Shown piece after piece: positions 42,956 through 62,316 of a stretch of DNA of 64,000 nucleotides. Source of the stretch: Felis catus. Its lineage: Eukaryota. Made by a program: the position numbers and the translations under genes. Each line of letters opens with the position of its first letter. Position 1 is the stretch's first letter. Location of the stretch: assembly GCF_018350175.1 (NCBI RefSeq), contig NC_058380.1:91388001-91452000 (forward strand). Reading direction: 5' to 3'. The notes under the pieces were generated by a model. That model saw only the letters and a program-made list of their open reading frames with translations. It ran no database searches and was not told the DNA's origin.

Positions 42956-43973
42956 GGCCCAGCCTGGCGGGGGCAGGCAGAAGAGACAGAATCAGCTCAG
43001 CGGAGGGGCAGAGCTGCAGCCCAAGAGGGTGCCCAACCCGCAAAGGGCCTGGCTGTGGAGACACCAGGGTGTACAAGGCTTATGTGTCGTGTGGGTGCGC
43101 ATGGGAGTGAGCTGGGTGTGAGGGCCGAGGTCTCCCAGCTGCCCTCCTTGCGTGGCAGTGGGGGATGGGGTGGGGAGGCTGGGAGATGCAGCTGTGCCGT
43201 CCCCGTGGCCGAGCCCCAGTGCAGGGAAGCCCCTCAGCCCAGGACCCACCTGCAGTGCTGATGGCAGCGGTGTCCCCTCTCGTCCTGTGGGCCAGGTCCC
43301 AGCGCCTGTGAGGCAAGCAACTGGCAGCTGCCTTTTCCCTCCTGGGGAGGGGCGGGGCCGTGGGGCGGAGCTCAAAGATGGGGTTCCCAAGATCCCAGGA
43401 GGCCCCAGCTCTCCCAGCACAGCGGCCACCCACCCTTCCTTCTCAGGTGGGTGGTGGCCCAGCCTGGGCTCCGAGGGGCACGGCCAGCCTGGGTGACTCA
43501 GCCTCCATGCATCTGAGGCACGTCGTCATCCCTCCCAGGACCTGCAGCTCGCCAGGAAGGAGGGCAGGAGGTGAGCCTGAAGTCAGCCTCAGCTCCTGGG
43601 CCTGCGGTGGGCTGGGGAACCCCAGCCATCACTCGCCTACCTCAGAACCCCTGTTTTGAGGCAGAGGGCAGAGGTCCTCACTTCAACCAACAGCCTCTGC
43701 CTGGCAGACAGAGGCTAAGATGTCTGAGAGCACAAACTGCTCTGAGGTTTATAGGTTTCTAACTGATAAAAAATGTTGTATTTACACACCTTTGCTAAAA
43801 CTGACCTTACAATTGGCGACGACAGGGGCTTCATTCGCAAGTGTTGTTTGTAGCTCGTTTCTGAAAATGCAGCTTCTCTTGGCGCGCTCAGGGACCACCA
43901 CCAGCTCCCCACCCCACCAGCGTCTCCCACTTTCATCTGTAAGTTGGCAGGTAGCACCTGCCACACAGGGTCG

Positions 43974-43975
<2 letters not shown>

Positions 43976-44018
<43 letters not shown>

Positions 44019-44026
44019 TGTGTGTG
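43976..44026. repeat. (GT)n microsatellite
   Basis: GT run. Confidence 0.95.
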
Positions 44027-44199
44027 ACGGGATGACAATGGATGTGAGTACTTGGGTCTGGGCCTGGCACTGGTGATCTTCACCCCTCGGAGCGATTAGG
44101 GCAGTAGGGTGGGTCAAGGACCTGCGCCCCCAGTCTTTGGTGCCCAACGGAGCCCCCAGGAAGGGCGGGATCAAATCAGAGGTGGCCCAGAAGCCAGCG

Positions 44200-44730
44200 T
44201 GACCGGGGTGGCCTGCATGAGGCCAGTCAGACCGGTCCGGACACGATTTCCACCTTTGCGGCACCGGGTGTGAAGGGAAGCGGGCCCCGAGCCCCTCGGA
44301 CTTCGCAGGTGTACGACAGACGCTCATTGCGCAGGCTCTAGAAGCCCCACCCACTGCCCCTACAGACTCCGCCCCTTGCTGCGAGGCGGAAGCTGGCGCA
44401 TGCGTGAAACAGGCCTAGGGTGGCCGGTGGGAACTTTATTCCCCAGAAGCCTCCGCGTTCCAAGGTTTCTCTAAAGACCCGGTTCGGGGTCTGCTTGCTC
44501 CGGACGGTCCAGGACACGGCCTAGGCCGCTCAGCTCTGACCGCCGGAGCCCCGGAGGCGCGGATTTGGGCGGGCTCGGGAGGTGGGCCTGAGGGGGCGGG
44601 ACCTCACTCCAGGGGCGGGGCCTCGGGGCAAGGGGTGGGGCTTGGTGGCTGGTGCCTCCTTGGGTGCTCGCCCAGCGGGCGGGTGGGAAGCTGAGCAGCC
44701 CCGGAGGGAGGCCGAGGCTGGGCGCCTAGC
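44200..44730. promoter_or_regulatory. CpG-rich promoter-like element between CYSRT1 and RNF208
   Basis: NRF1-like GCGCATGCG at about 44396-44404, ETS-like GCGGAAG and several GGGGCGGG boxes. Confidence 0.6.
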
Positions 44731-46590
44731 CCTCCCCTGACCGGGGCTCTCTCAGTTGTCCATCTTAACCAGAGCCCATAAGGCTCTCGCTGCCCATCCC
44801 GTCAGGCACCTGCTCACTTGCACACCTCCCACACCCGCTCTCCATAAATGGCTTTGGAAACTGAGACCCAGACACTAGCCTGAGGTCACACAGAGCAGCA
44901 AAGTCGGGCCCCATGGGACAGCTACGCTGCTCCAGTCTGTTTTGCCCGCGTGGGCTTCGTCACCAGGAACAGCGACCTCTCTGAAGGAGCGGGGCAAGGC
45001 CCATAGCCAGGTGCAGTTCGGCCTGGACAGAGCAGAGGGGCTGTGGCCAGAAGAGGCTGAGACTGTCCAGGGTCAGGCACAGGGCCCAGTGCTGGTCACT
45101 GGAGTGCTAGCCTGCCACGTGGTAGCTGGGTTAGGTCGGGGGGTGGCACTGTGCAGGTCCCCGGCAGCTGTGGCCCCCCGCCCAGTAGTTGCCAACACGT
45201 CCTCTGTCCTTTCTCTCACCTGAGGGTTCCCCACAGGCAGAGAGAGGGTAGACACCAGGGAATCAGGGAAGCCCGGCTTGAGGAAACAGAAAGGAATGGG
45301 GCCTCCATGCTGGGTGGGGTCAGGTTAGCACACAAATACGTGACAGCAGGGCACGTGCTGACCTGATGGGATGCCGGAAAGGGCCACCCCACCCTGGGCG
45401 GGTGCGTGTCCTCGTGGGTTGCCCCACTGGCCTGTCCAGCTGTCTGTCGGACCTTCCGCATACCCCTCACCCTGTCCAGCTGTCCATGAGTCCTGTCCTC
45501 GGACCCTTCTCCCAACGACTGTCCCCCTCTCCATCCACTCCTCTGCTAGCTTGCTTGCCCACACCTACTCAGCCTCATGGTCACATCATCCTCTTTGAGC
45601 CTGTCAGCGTTGAGCACAACCTGGTCACACTTGTGAGCCAGAGGCATGCCTACTGGGGGCACAGTGGAAGGACAGCAGTGACGCTGACTCTCTGGGGGGG
45701 GGGGGACACACGGCAGTCCTGGTGGGGGGGGCTATGGGAACCAGCTTTGCTGAGACCCCCCCAGTCTGCTCCTCTTGTCTTCTTCCCTCTGGCATTATGA
45801 GGTCTCGGCTTCGAAAAGCAGGATTTGCCTTCTAGAATTGGGGGTGGGGGTACTCGACTAGGACCCAGGGTCGGTCAAGCGGGACTGGGGTGGGAGTACT
45901 GGAAAGGGGTGTCGCGGGGGTCCCGATTCACACGCGGCCCGCAGGGAAGGGCAACCCCGGGAACGGGCACCAGGCCCGCGGCGATGGAGGGGNNNNNNNN
46001 NNNNNNNNNNNNNNNNNNNNNNNNNNNNNNNNNNNNNNNNNNNNNNNNNNNNNNNNNNNNNNNNNNNNNNNNNNNNNNNNNNNNNNNNNNNNNNNNNNNN
46101 NNNNNNNNNNNNNNNNNNNNNNNNNNNNNNNNNNNNNNNNNNNNNNNNCCCGGAGCCCCGCGCCCCGCGCCCCGAGCCCCGCGCCCCTGGGAGCCGCCGT
46201 GCCGCGCCATCGCCCGAGGTCGCCGCCGGAGCCGCTGGAGCCGCTGGAGCCGCCGGGCCGAGGCGCGGGCGTCGCATCCGGGCCTGCCTTTGAGACAACC
46301 TCTGCGGCGGCGGCGCGCGCGGCCCGGGGACGCCAGGCTGGGGCAGGTGAGCTCGGGCGGGGCGGGGCGGGACGGCCGCGGGGTCGCGACTCGCCTCCTC
46401 TTCCCACCCGGGCAGGGGTTGGGCCTTGGGGGCGGGGGGTGGGGAGGGGGCTGGGTCCCAAGTCCAGCGAGGGTGAGGGTCAGAGGTCGGGAGCCCTGTC
46501 TTCTGTGCGGGGTGAGGGTGGGCCCCGGGCGCTGCCCTCACGCTGTCTCTCACCTGCAGCTCGGGCCTGGTCCAGGCCTCTCTTCTGCTC

Positions 46591-46623
<33 letters not shown>
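46591..46623. repeat. (CCG)n trinucleotide repeat (about 11 units) in the RNF208 5' region
   Basis: Perfect ccg run. Confidence 0.9.
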
Positions 46624-47112
46624 AGCCCGCGGCCTGGGGCCTCCCGCAGCCTGGGCTCAGGCTAGCTGCCTTCCCTGGGAGCCTTGTCCTGGAGCCATGG
46701 GGCCCACCTAGCCCCTGCCTGCCCGGATGTCCCTGCTCAGGGACTGCTGACCTCGGCTGCAGGGGGAGCCCCCCCCACGCCCCCTCTCCAGCCTCAGCAG
46801 CCAGAGACCCTGGGTGAGCCCCTGGGCCAGACCTGCAGCCCAGGGCAGCCTCCTGTACTCCCCTGCCCCCGCCTCCCTCCTCCTCCCCCACCTCTTCCTC
46901 CTCCTCCTCCTAGGACTGGACCGGAGAAGCCACTGTGGCCACTGGGGGGGGCCCTGCCCCCCCAGCTCTCGCCGGCCGCCCCCAGGAGTCCTCGGGGCGG
47001 CCGGGGTCCCCACCAGGCCTGGCAGGACCAGGATGCTGCTCCCTCTCCTCCTCCCCGGCCTCACCCAACGCCCCCACCCACCCGAACACCCAATCTGATT
47101 GGAGACAGCCGG

Positions 47113-47910
47113 ATGCCGGCTGACCCTGGGCCCGAGGTGGGCAGTGGCTGGCCAGGCCTCCTCATGTCCTGCCTGAAGGGCCCCCATGTCATCCTCAAGA
47201 TGGAGGCCATGAAGATTGTTCACCCTGAGAAGTTCCCCGAGCTGCAGGCGGCTGCCGCTTGCTTCCCACCTGCACCGAGGCCCACCCCTGCTCTGGCACC
47301 CAAACGCGCCTGGCCCTCAGACACAGAGATCATCGTCAACCAGGCGTGTGGGGGGGACATGCCCACCTTGGATGGGGCGCCCCGCACCCCTCCGTTGCCA
47401 CGACGGCCCCGGAAGGGCAGTGTGGAGCTGGGCTTCCCCCGCGTGGCGCCAGCGGACGAGGTCATTGTCAATCAGTATGTGGTGCGGCCCGGCCCTGCCG
47501 CCTCGGGGCCCCCCGCCACGGCGGCACCGGCTTCAGGTGAGCCCCTGGAGTGCCCCACCTGCGGGCACACGTACAACGTCACCCAGCGGCGGCCCCGCGT
47601 GCTGTCCTGCCTGCACTCCGTGTGTGAGCAGTGCCTGCAGATTCTCTATGAGTCCTGCCCCAAGTACAAGTTCATCTCCTGTCCCACCTGCCGCCGGGAG
47701 ACTGTGCTCTTCACGGACTACGGCCTGGCCGCACTAGCCGTCAACACGTCCATTTTGAGCCGCCTGCCACCCGAGGCACTGACCGCCCCATCCGGGGGCC
47801 AGTGGGGGGGCGAGCCGGAGGGCAGCTGCTACCAGACCTTCCGGCAGTACTGCGGGGCCGCGTGCACCTGCCACGTGCGGAACCCGCTGTCCGCCTGCTC
47901 CATCATGTAG
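47113..47910 (+). CDS. RNF208: RING finger protein 208, single coding exon, 265 aa
   Basis: MPADPGPEVGSGWPGLLMSCLKGPHVILKMEAMK...; RING CPTC-x15-CLHSVCEQC-x15-CPTC; ends CSIM. Acceptor at 46913, ATTAAA at 48054-48059. Confidence 0.95.
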   Translation: MPADPGPEVGSGWPGLLMSCLKGPHVILKMEAMKIVHPEKFPELQAAAACFPPAPRPTPALAPKRAWPSDTEIIVNQACGGDMPTLDGAPRTPPLPRRPRKGSVELGFPRVAPADEVIVNQYVVRPGPAASGPPATAAPASGEPLECPTCGHTYNVTQRRPRVLSCLHSVCEQCLQILYESCPKYKFISCPTCRRETVLFTDYGLAALAVNTSILSRLPPEALTAPSGGQWGGEPEGSCYQTFRQYCGAACTCHVRNPLSACSIM

Positions 47911-49441
47911 CACCCGCCCGCTCGACGCTGCCCGCCAGTCCTTGCTCGCCGCTTCTTCAGGGATCCGGCCCTGCCCTGTCGCCTGTTGACCCCTCACCCA
48001 CCACTGCTTCCGGCCCCTCCCCGTGTGGCACTGCCGCTGCAACCAACTCTGCCATTAAAACTCTTTGCCAAAGTTTGCACCTTGTTCCCTGGACTGAAGC
48101 CTGCTCTTGCGGCCTGTGCCCAGGGCTGTGGCCCAGACAGGGTCCAGCCTGGAGCCACCAGAGGGAGGCCCAGTGCCTCTTGGGGCCAGCCTGCTCTGCT
48201 TGCCAGGGAGGGACCAGGCTGGGCCAGGCATGCCGCTCAGGAGGGCTGGGCCTGGATGTGCATGTGCGTGTGTGCACGTGAATGCCCCGCACGTCTGTGC
48301 AGAGCCAGCCTTCTGTGTGTGCTGGTGTGGGCAGAGGTGCAGAACGGGCAAAGGGCAGACACGTCCTCTGCACCGGCCCCTGGATGTGGGGGCAGCTGTA
48401 CGGGGGACACCTCAGTCCACCGGGCTCCTGGTGCCCACCAGACCCTCTGAACTTGAATGGGAAGGGCCTTTGGGCCAATCTGAGCCAGGACTGAGACCAA
48501 GACTGGCTGAGATCCTGGTGGGGTAGGAGGACTCGGGGGACTTCTATCTCATACTCCACTACCTGGATTTGGGGAAGAGCCTTTGCAGTGGAGGGGGGAG
48601 GAGGGAAGGTTTGGGGAGAGTCCCTGGATGCCGAAGAAGGGGTAGAGACAGCAAGAACACGGTAACAGTGGTTTCAGGAGAGCTGCCGTCTATTGAGAGC
48701 CATTCCTTGCGCTGGGCACAAGCCCGCGAGGTCGTTCTGTGTTTGTCCTTTAGATAAAGGACTCAATGACATGAGGTTGCAGGGCACTGGGCCTCAGCTC
48801 AGTGCTCCCCAGCTCCAAGGCCTGGCGGGGCCCTTGTTCCTTGCAGTTCGGGCACCTGGCCGCTCGGGCCGCCCCCTTGGGTCCTGACCCAGCCAGTGAG
48901 GGAGCTATTTGTGGCCTGAGCTTGCGCGGCAAGGGCCCCTCCCCTCTGGTGCCCTGTCCTTCAGGGAATACACACTGGCCCTCATCTGGAACATGACCAG
49001 GTGGGGGGACCTGCACCCAGGGCCCCGCTCTCTTCAAGGAGTCACCTCACTACCAGACGTCTCTGTTCACTTTCGTGTCCGCTGTGTCCCTCTTGCAGAC
49101 AGGCCGGGCGGGGCAGGGAGACGGGGTGAAGACGGCTGTGTCAGTTTGGGACCCTCCCGTCGAGGGGGTGCTTGGGGGGCCCTGGTTGCAGACCTCCTCC
49201 AGCACCGCCCTTGGGCATCAGTAGCGTCTGGGCGGCAGGGTAGTTTGAAGTCTCTGGCTCGGTCGGAGGCTGAACACAGGTTCCTGGGTAGCCCTGGCCC
49301 CAGACCTGGTTCTTGATTGAAGGCCGGCGCCCCACTCAGTCTTGGGTTTTTCAGCTTGGCCATCAGGCCTCAGGGCAAGCCCGGGCCTCCTGGCCCCTCG
49401 GCGGCCCTGGTGGCGCGGGCGGCAGGTGTGCCGGGCCCTGC

Positions 49442-50166
49442 TTAGTGGCCAGCGCGGTCCAGCAGCATAAAGAGGAGCCCCAGCAGCATGAGCGGCGTGA
49501 AAACGAGCAGCAGCCCCAGCAGCTCAAGGGCCAGCAGGCCCAGCAGCACTAGGCGGCGGGAGCAGGGCCCCCGTTCCCGCAAGGCCCAGAGCCGGGCACC
49601 CAGGCAGGGCGGGCAGGGCAGGAAAGGCAGGCAGCCCCGGCCGCCCACGGGTCCCGCCAGGAAGCGGAGCTGGTACCGGTGCTCCAGGGACGCCCAGGGC
49701 CCAGGGCCGCGGCGGGCAGGTGCGGGGGGCGTGGGGGGCCGCGGGCCCTGGGGCCCGTCCGCCTGCAGCAGCTCCTTCTGCAGCTGGCAGATCTCCCACT
49801 CAAGCATGGGTGTCCTCTGGCGACAGAGCGGGCAGCAGACCCGGCCCAGGTCGGCGCTGGGGGCCGCGACCAGCAGCTGGTGCAGGCAGTCCACACACAG
49901 GCCGTGGCCACAGTTCAGCAGCGCCAGGCGGTGCTCACTGGGCCCGTAGGGCTCCGTGCAGATGGGGCATTCCTCTTGCCCCGGTTCCCCCGCTGGCTCC
50001 CCCTCCTCCCCCTCCCTTGCTCTCCCAGCCCAGGGGCAGGCCGTGGCCGTGGCCCCCAGGAGGGGTTCACTGTCTCCAGCCCCTGCACCCTGGGTATTCC
50101 CAAGAACCCTGCCGCCCACCTCTTCATCTGCCAGCCCTGGGTGCGGGGGGGCCAGGCGTTCAGGGC
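49442..50166 (-). CDS. Uncharacterised RING-HC (C3HC4) protein with C-terminal hydrophobic/transmembrane segment; start codon unresolved
   Basis: Open frame of more than 300 codons containing CPICTEPYGPSEHRLALLNCGHGLCVDC...CPLCRQRTP (49823-49969), a Pro-rich linker and LVLLGLLALELLGLLLVFTPLMLLGLLFMLL before the stop. Strong acceptor (ccgtccaccttccacag) at 50167. Confidence 0.75.
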
Positions 50167-50982
50167 CTGTGGAAGGTGGACGGGGGAGCCCAGCGCTGAG
50201 GTCACGGGGGCCATGAGTGGGGGCCCCAGGGCAGGGGTCAGGATGGGTGGGTGGGGTCCCCAGGGTGGTGACGAGGGTGGTTGGGGCCGTGAAGGTCAGT
50301 GCGGCCCTCTGGGTGAGGGCAGGGCCTGGCACAGACCTCGAAACTGCCGCAGCCTCGCCCCACCCCGGAAAGTCAACTTCACCTGGGCCCCAGCGCTTGT
50401 GCTGGCTCCGGGCAGCTCCTGGGCCCACGAATGCCGTCTTCACGGGATCTGCCCCAGCCCGGACGTGGCCGCCTCAGCCCACTCGTGTCGGCAACTGGCG
50501 GACAGACAGGCGGACTCCAGGCAGCAGCCTTGTGGGTAGGCGGGAGGGCTTGACTCCTCCTACAAGAATTCCCCTCGGAGCACCGAAGGCCCTTCCCAGG
50601 GGCGGGGACAATGGCTGCCCCACCCCCCGCCCCGTTCCCACCCGAGGGACTGCTACTCCTGGGACCGCTACTCCTGGGACTGGCAAGGAATGGTCAATCC
50701 CCACTTGGCCAGGGCCTCCCCTCACCCTTCCTTCCAGGGCCCGCTTAGGCTGGCCCCTGCTTGTCGGAGTCCGGGCAGAGCCCATACAGCGTGGGCAAGT
50801 AGAACACATCGCAGAGACTCAGACCCGGAGAAACTACTGCAGCAAAGACGGCTGAGCTGTGGTGCATTTGTGCTCGCCACGACTGCTGTCCCCGTCCAGA
50901 CACTGTGGGCCCACACACGCCCTGAGGCACCCAGACAGGCACGCGGAAGAGCAGGTCAGAAACAGCCAACAAGAGCCCACAG

Positions 50983-50988
50983 TTTATT
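50983..50988 (-). terminator. Polyadenylation signal of NDOR1
   Basis: TTTATT on + strand, about 525 nt past the stop. Confidence 0.7.
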
Positions 50989-51513
50989 ACGGAGGTGTTC
51001 CAGGAACAGGGTGAGGAAAGAGTGTGCTAGCTGGGGGTCTCCCCTGGTCCTGCCTTCCAGCCCTAGCCCTGGCCCTGCGAGGCCCTGTGACAGCACCGTG
51101 TACTTTGTGGGTGGGCACAGAGATGTGGCAGAGGGGGACTGGGAAACTGCTGTCCCCTGGGACAACCTCAGAAGGCTCTCCGGGCTCGCATGCTGTCTGG
51201 AAGCTGGTGTCTGGGGAGCCCCTGATGCCCATCAGGCTGCCCGTTCCTTCCTGGGGCCCCGTCCTTATGCAGGGTGGGGCAGCCCAGGGACCATCCTGAC
51301 CAGGACCCAAGCTGGGGCCAGTGGGGAAAGGCTGGCAGTAGCCTGCAACCCTGGATGGGGGCAGGGGTGGGGTGGTGAGTGAGCAGCGATGTCAGGGCTG
51401 GGTCTAGGACCCCAGGTTGACTGAAGTGAGGCTGTGCAGGGGACAGGGTGGAAGGTGACAGTAGCCCCCCAGAGGACAGCGTTTAGAGTGGCCAAGGCTG
51501 GCAGGATGGCTTC

Positions 51514-59990
<8,477 letters not shown>

Positions 59991-60037
59991 NNNNNNNNNN
60001 NNNNNNNNNNNNNNNNNNNNNNNNNNNNNNNNNNNNN

Positions 60038-60448
60038 NNNNNNNNNNNNNNNNNNNNNNNNNNNNNNNNNNNNNNNNNNNNNNNNNNNNNNNNNNNNNNN
60101 NNNNNNNNNNNNNNNNNNNNNNNNNNNNNNNNNNNNNCGCTGCGTGTGGACGGCCTGGCCCCCGGCCTCTCCTGGTGGAACGTGTTCGTGCCCTTTTTCG
60201 CCGCTGATGGGCTCAGCACCTACTTCACCACCATCGTGTCCGTGCGCCTCTTCCAGGACGGAGAGAAGAGGTTGGCAGTGCTCCGCCTCTTCTGGGTCCT
60301 CACGGTTCTTAGCCTCAAGTTTGTCTTCGAGATGTTGTTGTGCCAGAAGCTAGTGGAGCAGACTCGGGAGCTCTGGTTCGGCTTGATCACGTCTCCGGTC
60401 TTCATTCTCCTGCAGCTGCTCATGATCCGCGCCTGTCGGGTCAACTAG
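60038..60448 (+). CDS. TMEM203: Transmembrane protein 203 (N-terminus lies in the N gap; start inferred from a 136-aa orthologue length)
   Basis: Visible part LRVDGLAPGLSWWNVFVPFFAADGLSTYFTTIVSVRLFQDGEKRLAVLRLFW...LLMIRACRVN*. AATAAA at 61276-61281. Confidence 0.9.
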   Translation, partial: XXXXXXXXXXXXXXXXXXXXXXXXXXXXXXXXXXLRVDGLAPGLSWWNVFVPFFAADGLSTYFTTIVSVRLFQDGEKRLAVLRLFWVLTVLSLKFVFEMLLCQKLVEQTRELWFGLITSPVFILLQLLMIRACRVN

Positions 60449-61610
60449 CCTCAGGCGGGAGCGAACTCTGGACGGCTAGCATGCTGGACCCCAAGCTGAG
60501 TTCCTACTTCCACCGTACCAAAGGAGAAGTCTGGGTCTGAAAGGAAAGCCAGCTCCTGCCCTGGCGAGTGCCCAATTTTCTCTCTACCAGTCCATGTCTG
60601 AAATTGTTCCCTCAGCAGGGCTAAAAAGAGCAGCCTTGATCCTTAACATGTATTTCCTGTTATTTCATGCTTTGAAAAGCTAACCCTGAATTGAGATCCT
60701 GAGAGGGACCCCAGGCCATTTCTCTGACAGTAAAATGTCCTGATGGGCTCTGCGTATGTTTATGGATCCTGGGAAAGTACTCCCTGTGCAAGGGCTGCAG
60801 AGCTGGTCTTATGGATTTCCTCTGCCCAGAAGCACTAACCTAAGAGCTCACTGCCCCCTCCATCTGGACAAGACTTAGATGCTTGAGCTCAAAGTGTAAA
60901 CCAGCTTGTGTCTCCTCCCCTGAGCCACTGGGGAGGATGGCCTCTTCTTCATTCCAGCTCAGGCAGACAGGAGTATATTGAGTAAGCACGACTGGGACCC
61001 TATTTGGAGATCTGTCGCCTGAGAGAACTTTGCTTATGAAGCGCTGCTTGGCTTCCTATCCCAGCGGATTGCATCGTCCACAACTTTTCCACCACCACCT
61101 TGTGGCCAGCACTGTTAGCACACCTGAGACAGATTTAGGCCTCCCTCAAGGGACCAGAGAGAGGAACAGCTTTGATGCTCATAGGCATCGAGACTTGCAA
61201 ATGGTCTTGGCCCACATTTGTTGGCCTGAGGTCTTTAGTTTAAGGTGCCAAATGAGAACGTTTGCTGAGATAAAAAATAAAATAAGAGAATGTTTTGCTG
61301 AGATGCGCAATGGTTGCCTGACCTCTTGAGGGTGAAACAATATGAATGCTGAGAAGGTCCCTGCTGTGCGATGTAGCTGGTTACAGAGCTGACTGTAGGG
61401 AGACAGGAATGCACTAGAGTTTCTTTAGCCAATGTGTGTGTGTGTGTGTGTGGGGGGGTGTTCCCTTGGGGAATCCTTGCTTCCTGCCTGGGGAGCCAGG
61501 GTGAAGATATAATGGGGTAGGCCTGTGTTGAGGACCTGCTGAATGGTTTGTGTGACATCAGAACCTTGTCTTCCTGCCGGTGTGCAGTCTTTGTAGGCCT
61601 TGCTGTGGAG

Positions 61611-62050
61611 CAGGGGTCAGCCAACTATGGCCTGAGGTCTGTTTTTGTACTACTTTTCAGCTAAGAGTAACTTTTCCATTTTCAAAGGATTATAAACATG
61701 AACACGTGACAGAAAGTGAATGTGGCCTGCAGTGTCCAGGGTCTCTCAAACTTGGCACTCTTGGCCTTTTGGGTCAAGTCATTCTTTGGGGGAGGGGGGG
61801 GGCGGGCGGGGGGAGGGGCTGTTCTGAGCATTGTAGAATACAACATCCCTGGCCAGCATCCCTGGCCTCTACTCACTAGATGCCAGTAGCACGCCTCACT
61901 TGTGACAACCAAAAGTGTCTTCATACATTAACAAGTCTCCTGGGGGACAAAACTGCCCCTAGTGAGAACCACTAGGCTAAAATATTTACTGTCCGGCCCT
62001 TTCTAGAACAAATTTGCAGTCTTATTGTGGTGAAGCAGCTTTGTGACCCT
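61611..62050 (+). mobile_element. MER58-type hAT DNA transposon interrupted by a nested MER20
   Basis: MER58 ends caggggtcagccaactatggcc... and ...ctaaaatatttactgtccggccctttctagaa. Internal MER20-like segment at about 61738-61972 (cctggcctctactcactagatgccagtagcac...gtgacaaccaaaagtgtct...tgagaaccact). Confidence 0.75.
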
Positions 62051-62202
62051 TTGCCTAGAATGGATGCTGCATGGCCTGAACCATTGAGATGCTTGAGTTG
62101 GAGACTGTTCTGGTGTGTCCCACAGCTATAAAAATGTTTCCTACCCAGTATTGGCATAATTTGCGTCAAAGTCAGATACAAGCTGAACGTTAGAAATGGA
62201 CT

Positions 62203-62316
62203 TTTATTTATTTAAGTTTATTTACATAATCTCTACAACCAATGTGAGACTCGAACTCACGACCCCGAGATCAAGAGGTTGCACGCTTCTCTGACCGAGC
62301 CAGCCAAGTGCCAGGG
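62203..62316 (-). mobile_element. Older short Can-SINE
   Basis: T-rich tail, then actcgaactcacgaccccgagatcaagag...ctgaccgagccagccaagtgcc. Confidence 0.8.

Noticed and set aside
46684-47112. 143-aa N-terminal extension of RNF208 in the ORF track
   Set aside because: It starts at TTG and crosses a polypyrimidine tract and acceptor at 46913. The upstream donors I checked do not give a long in-frame extension.
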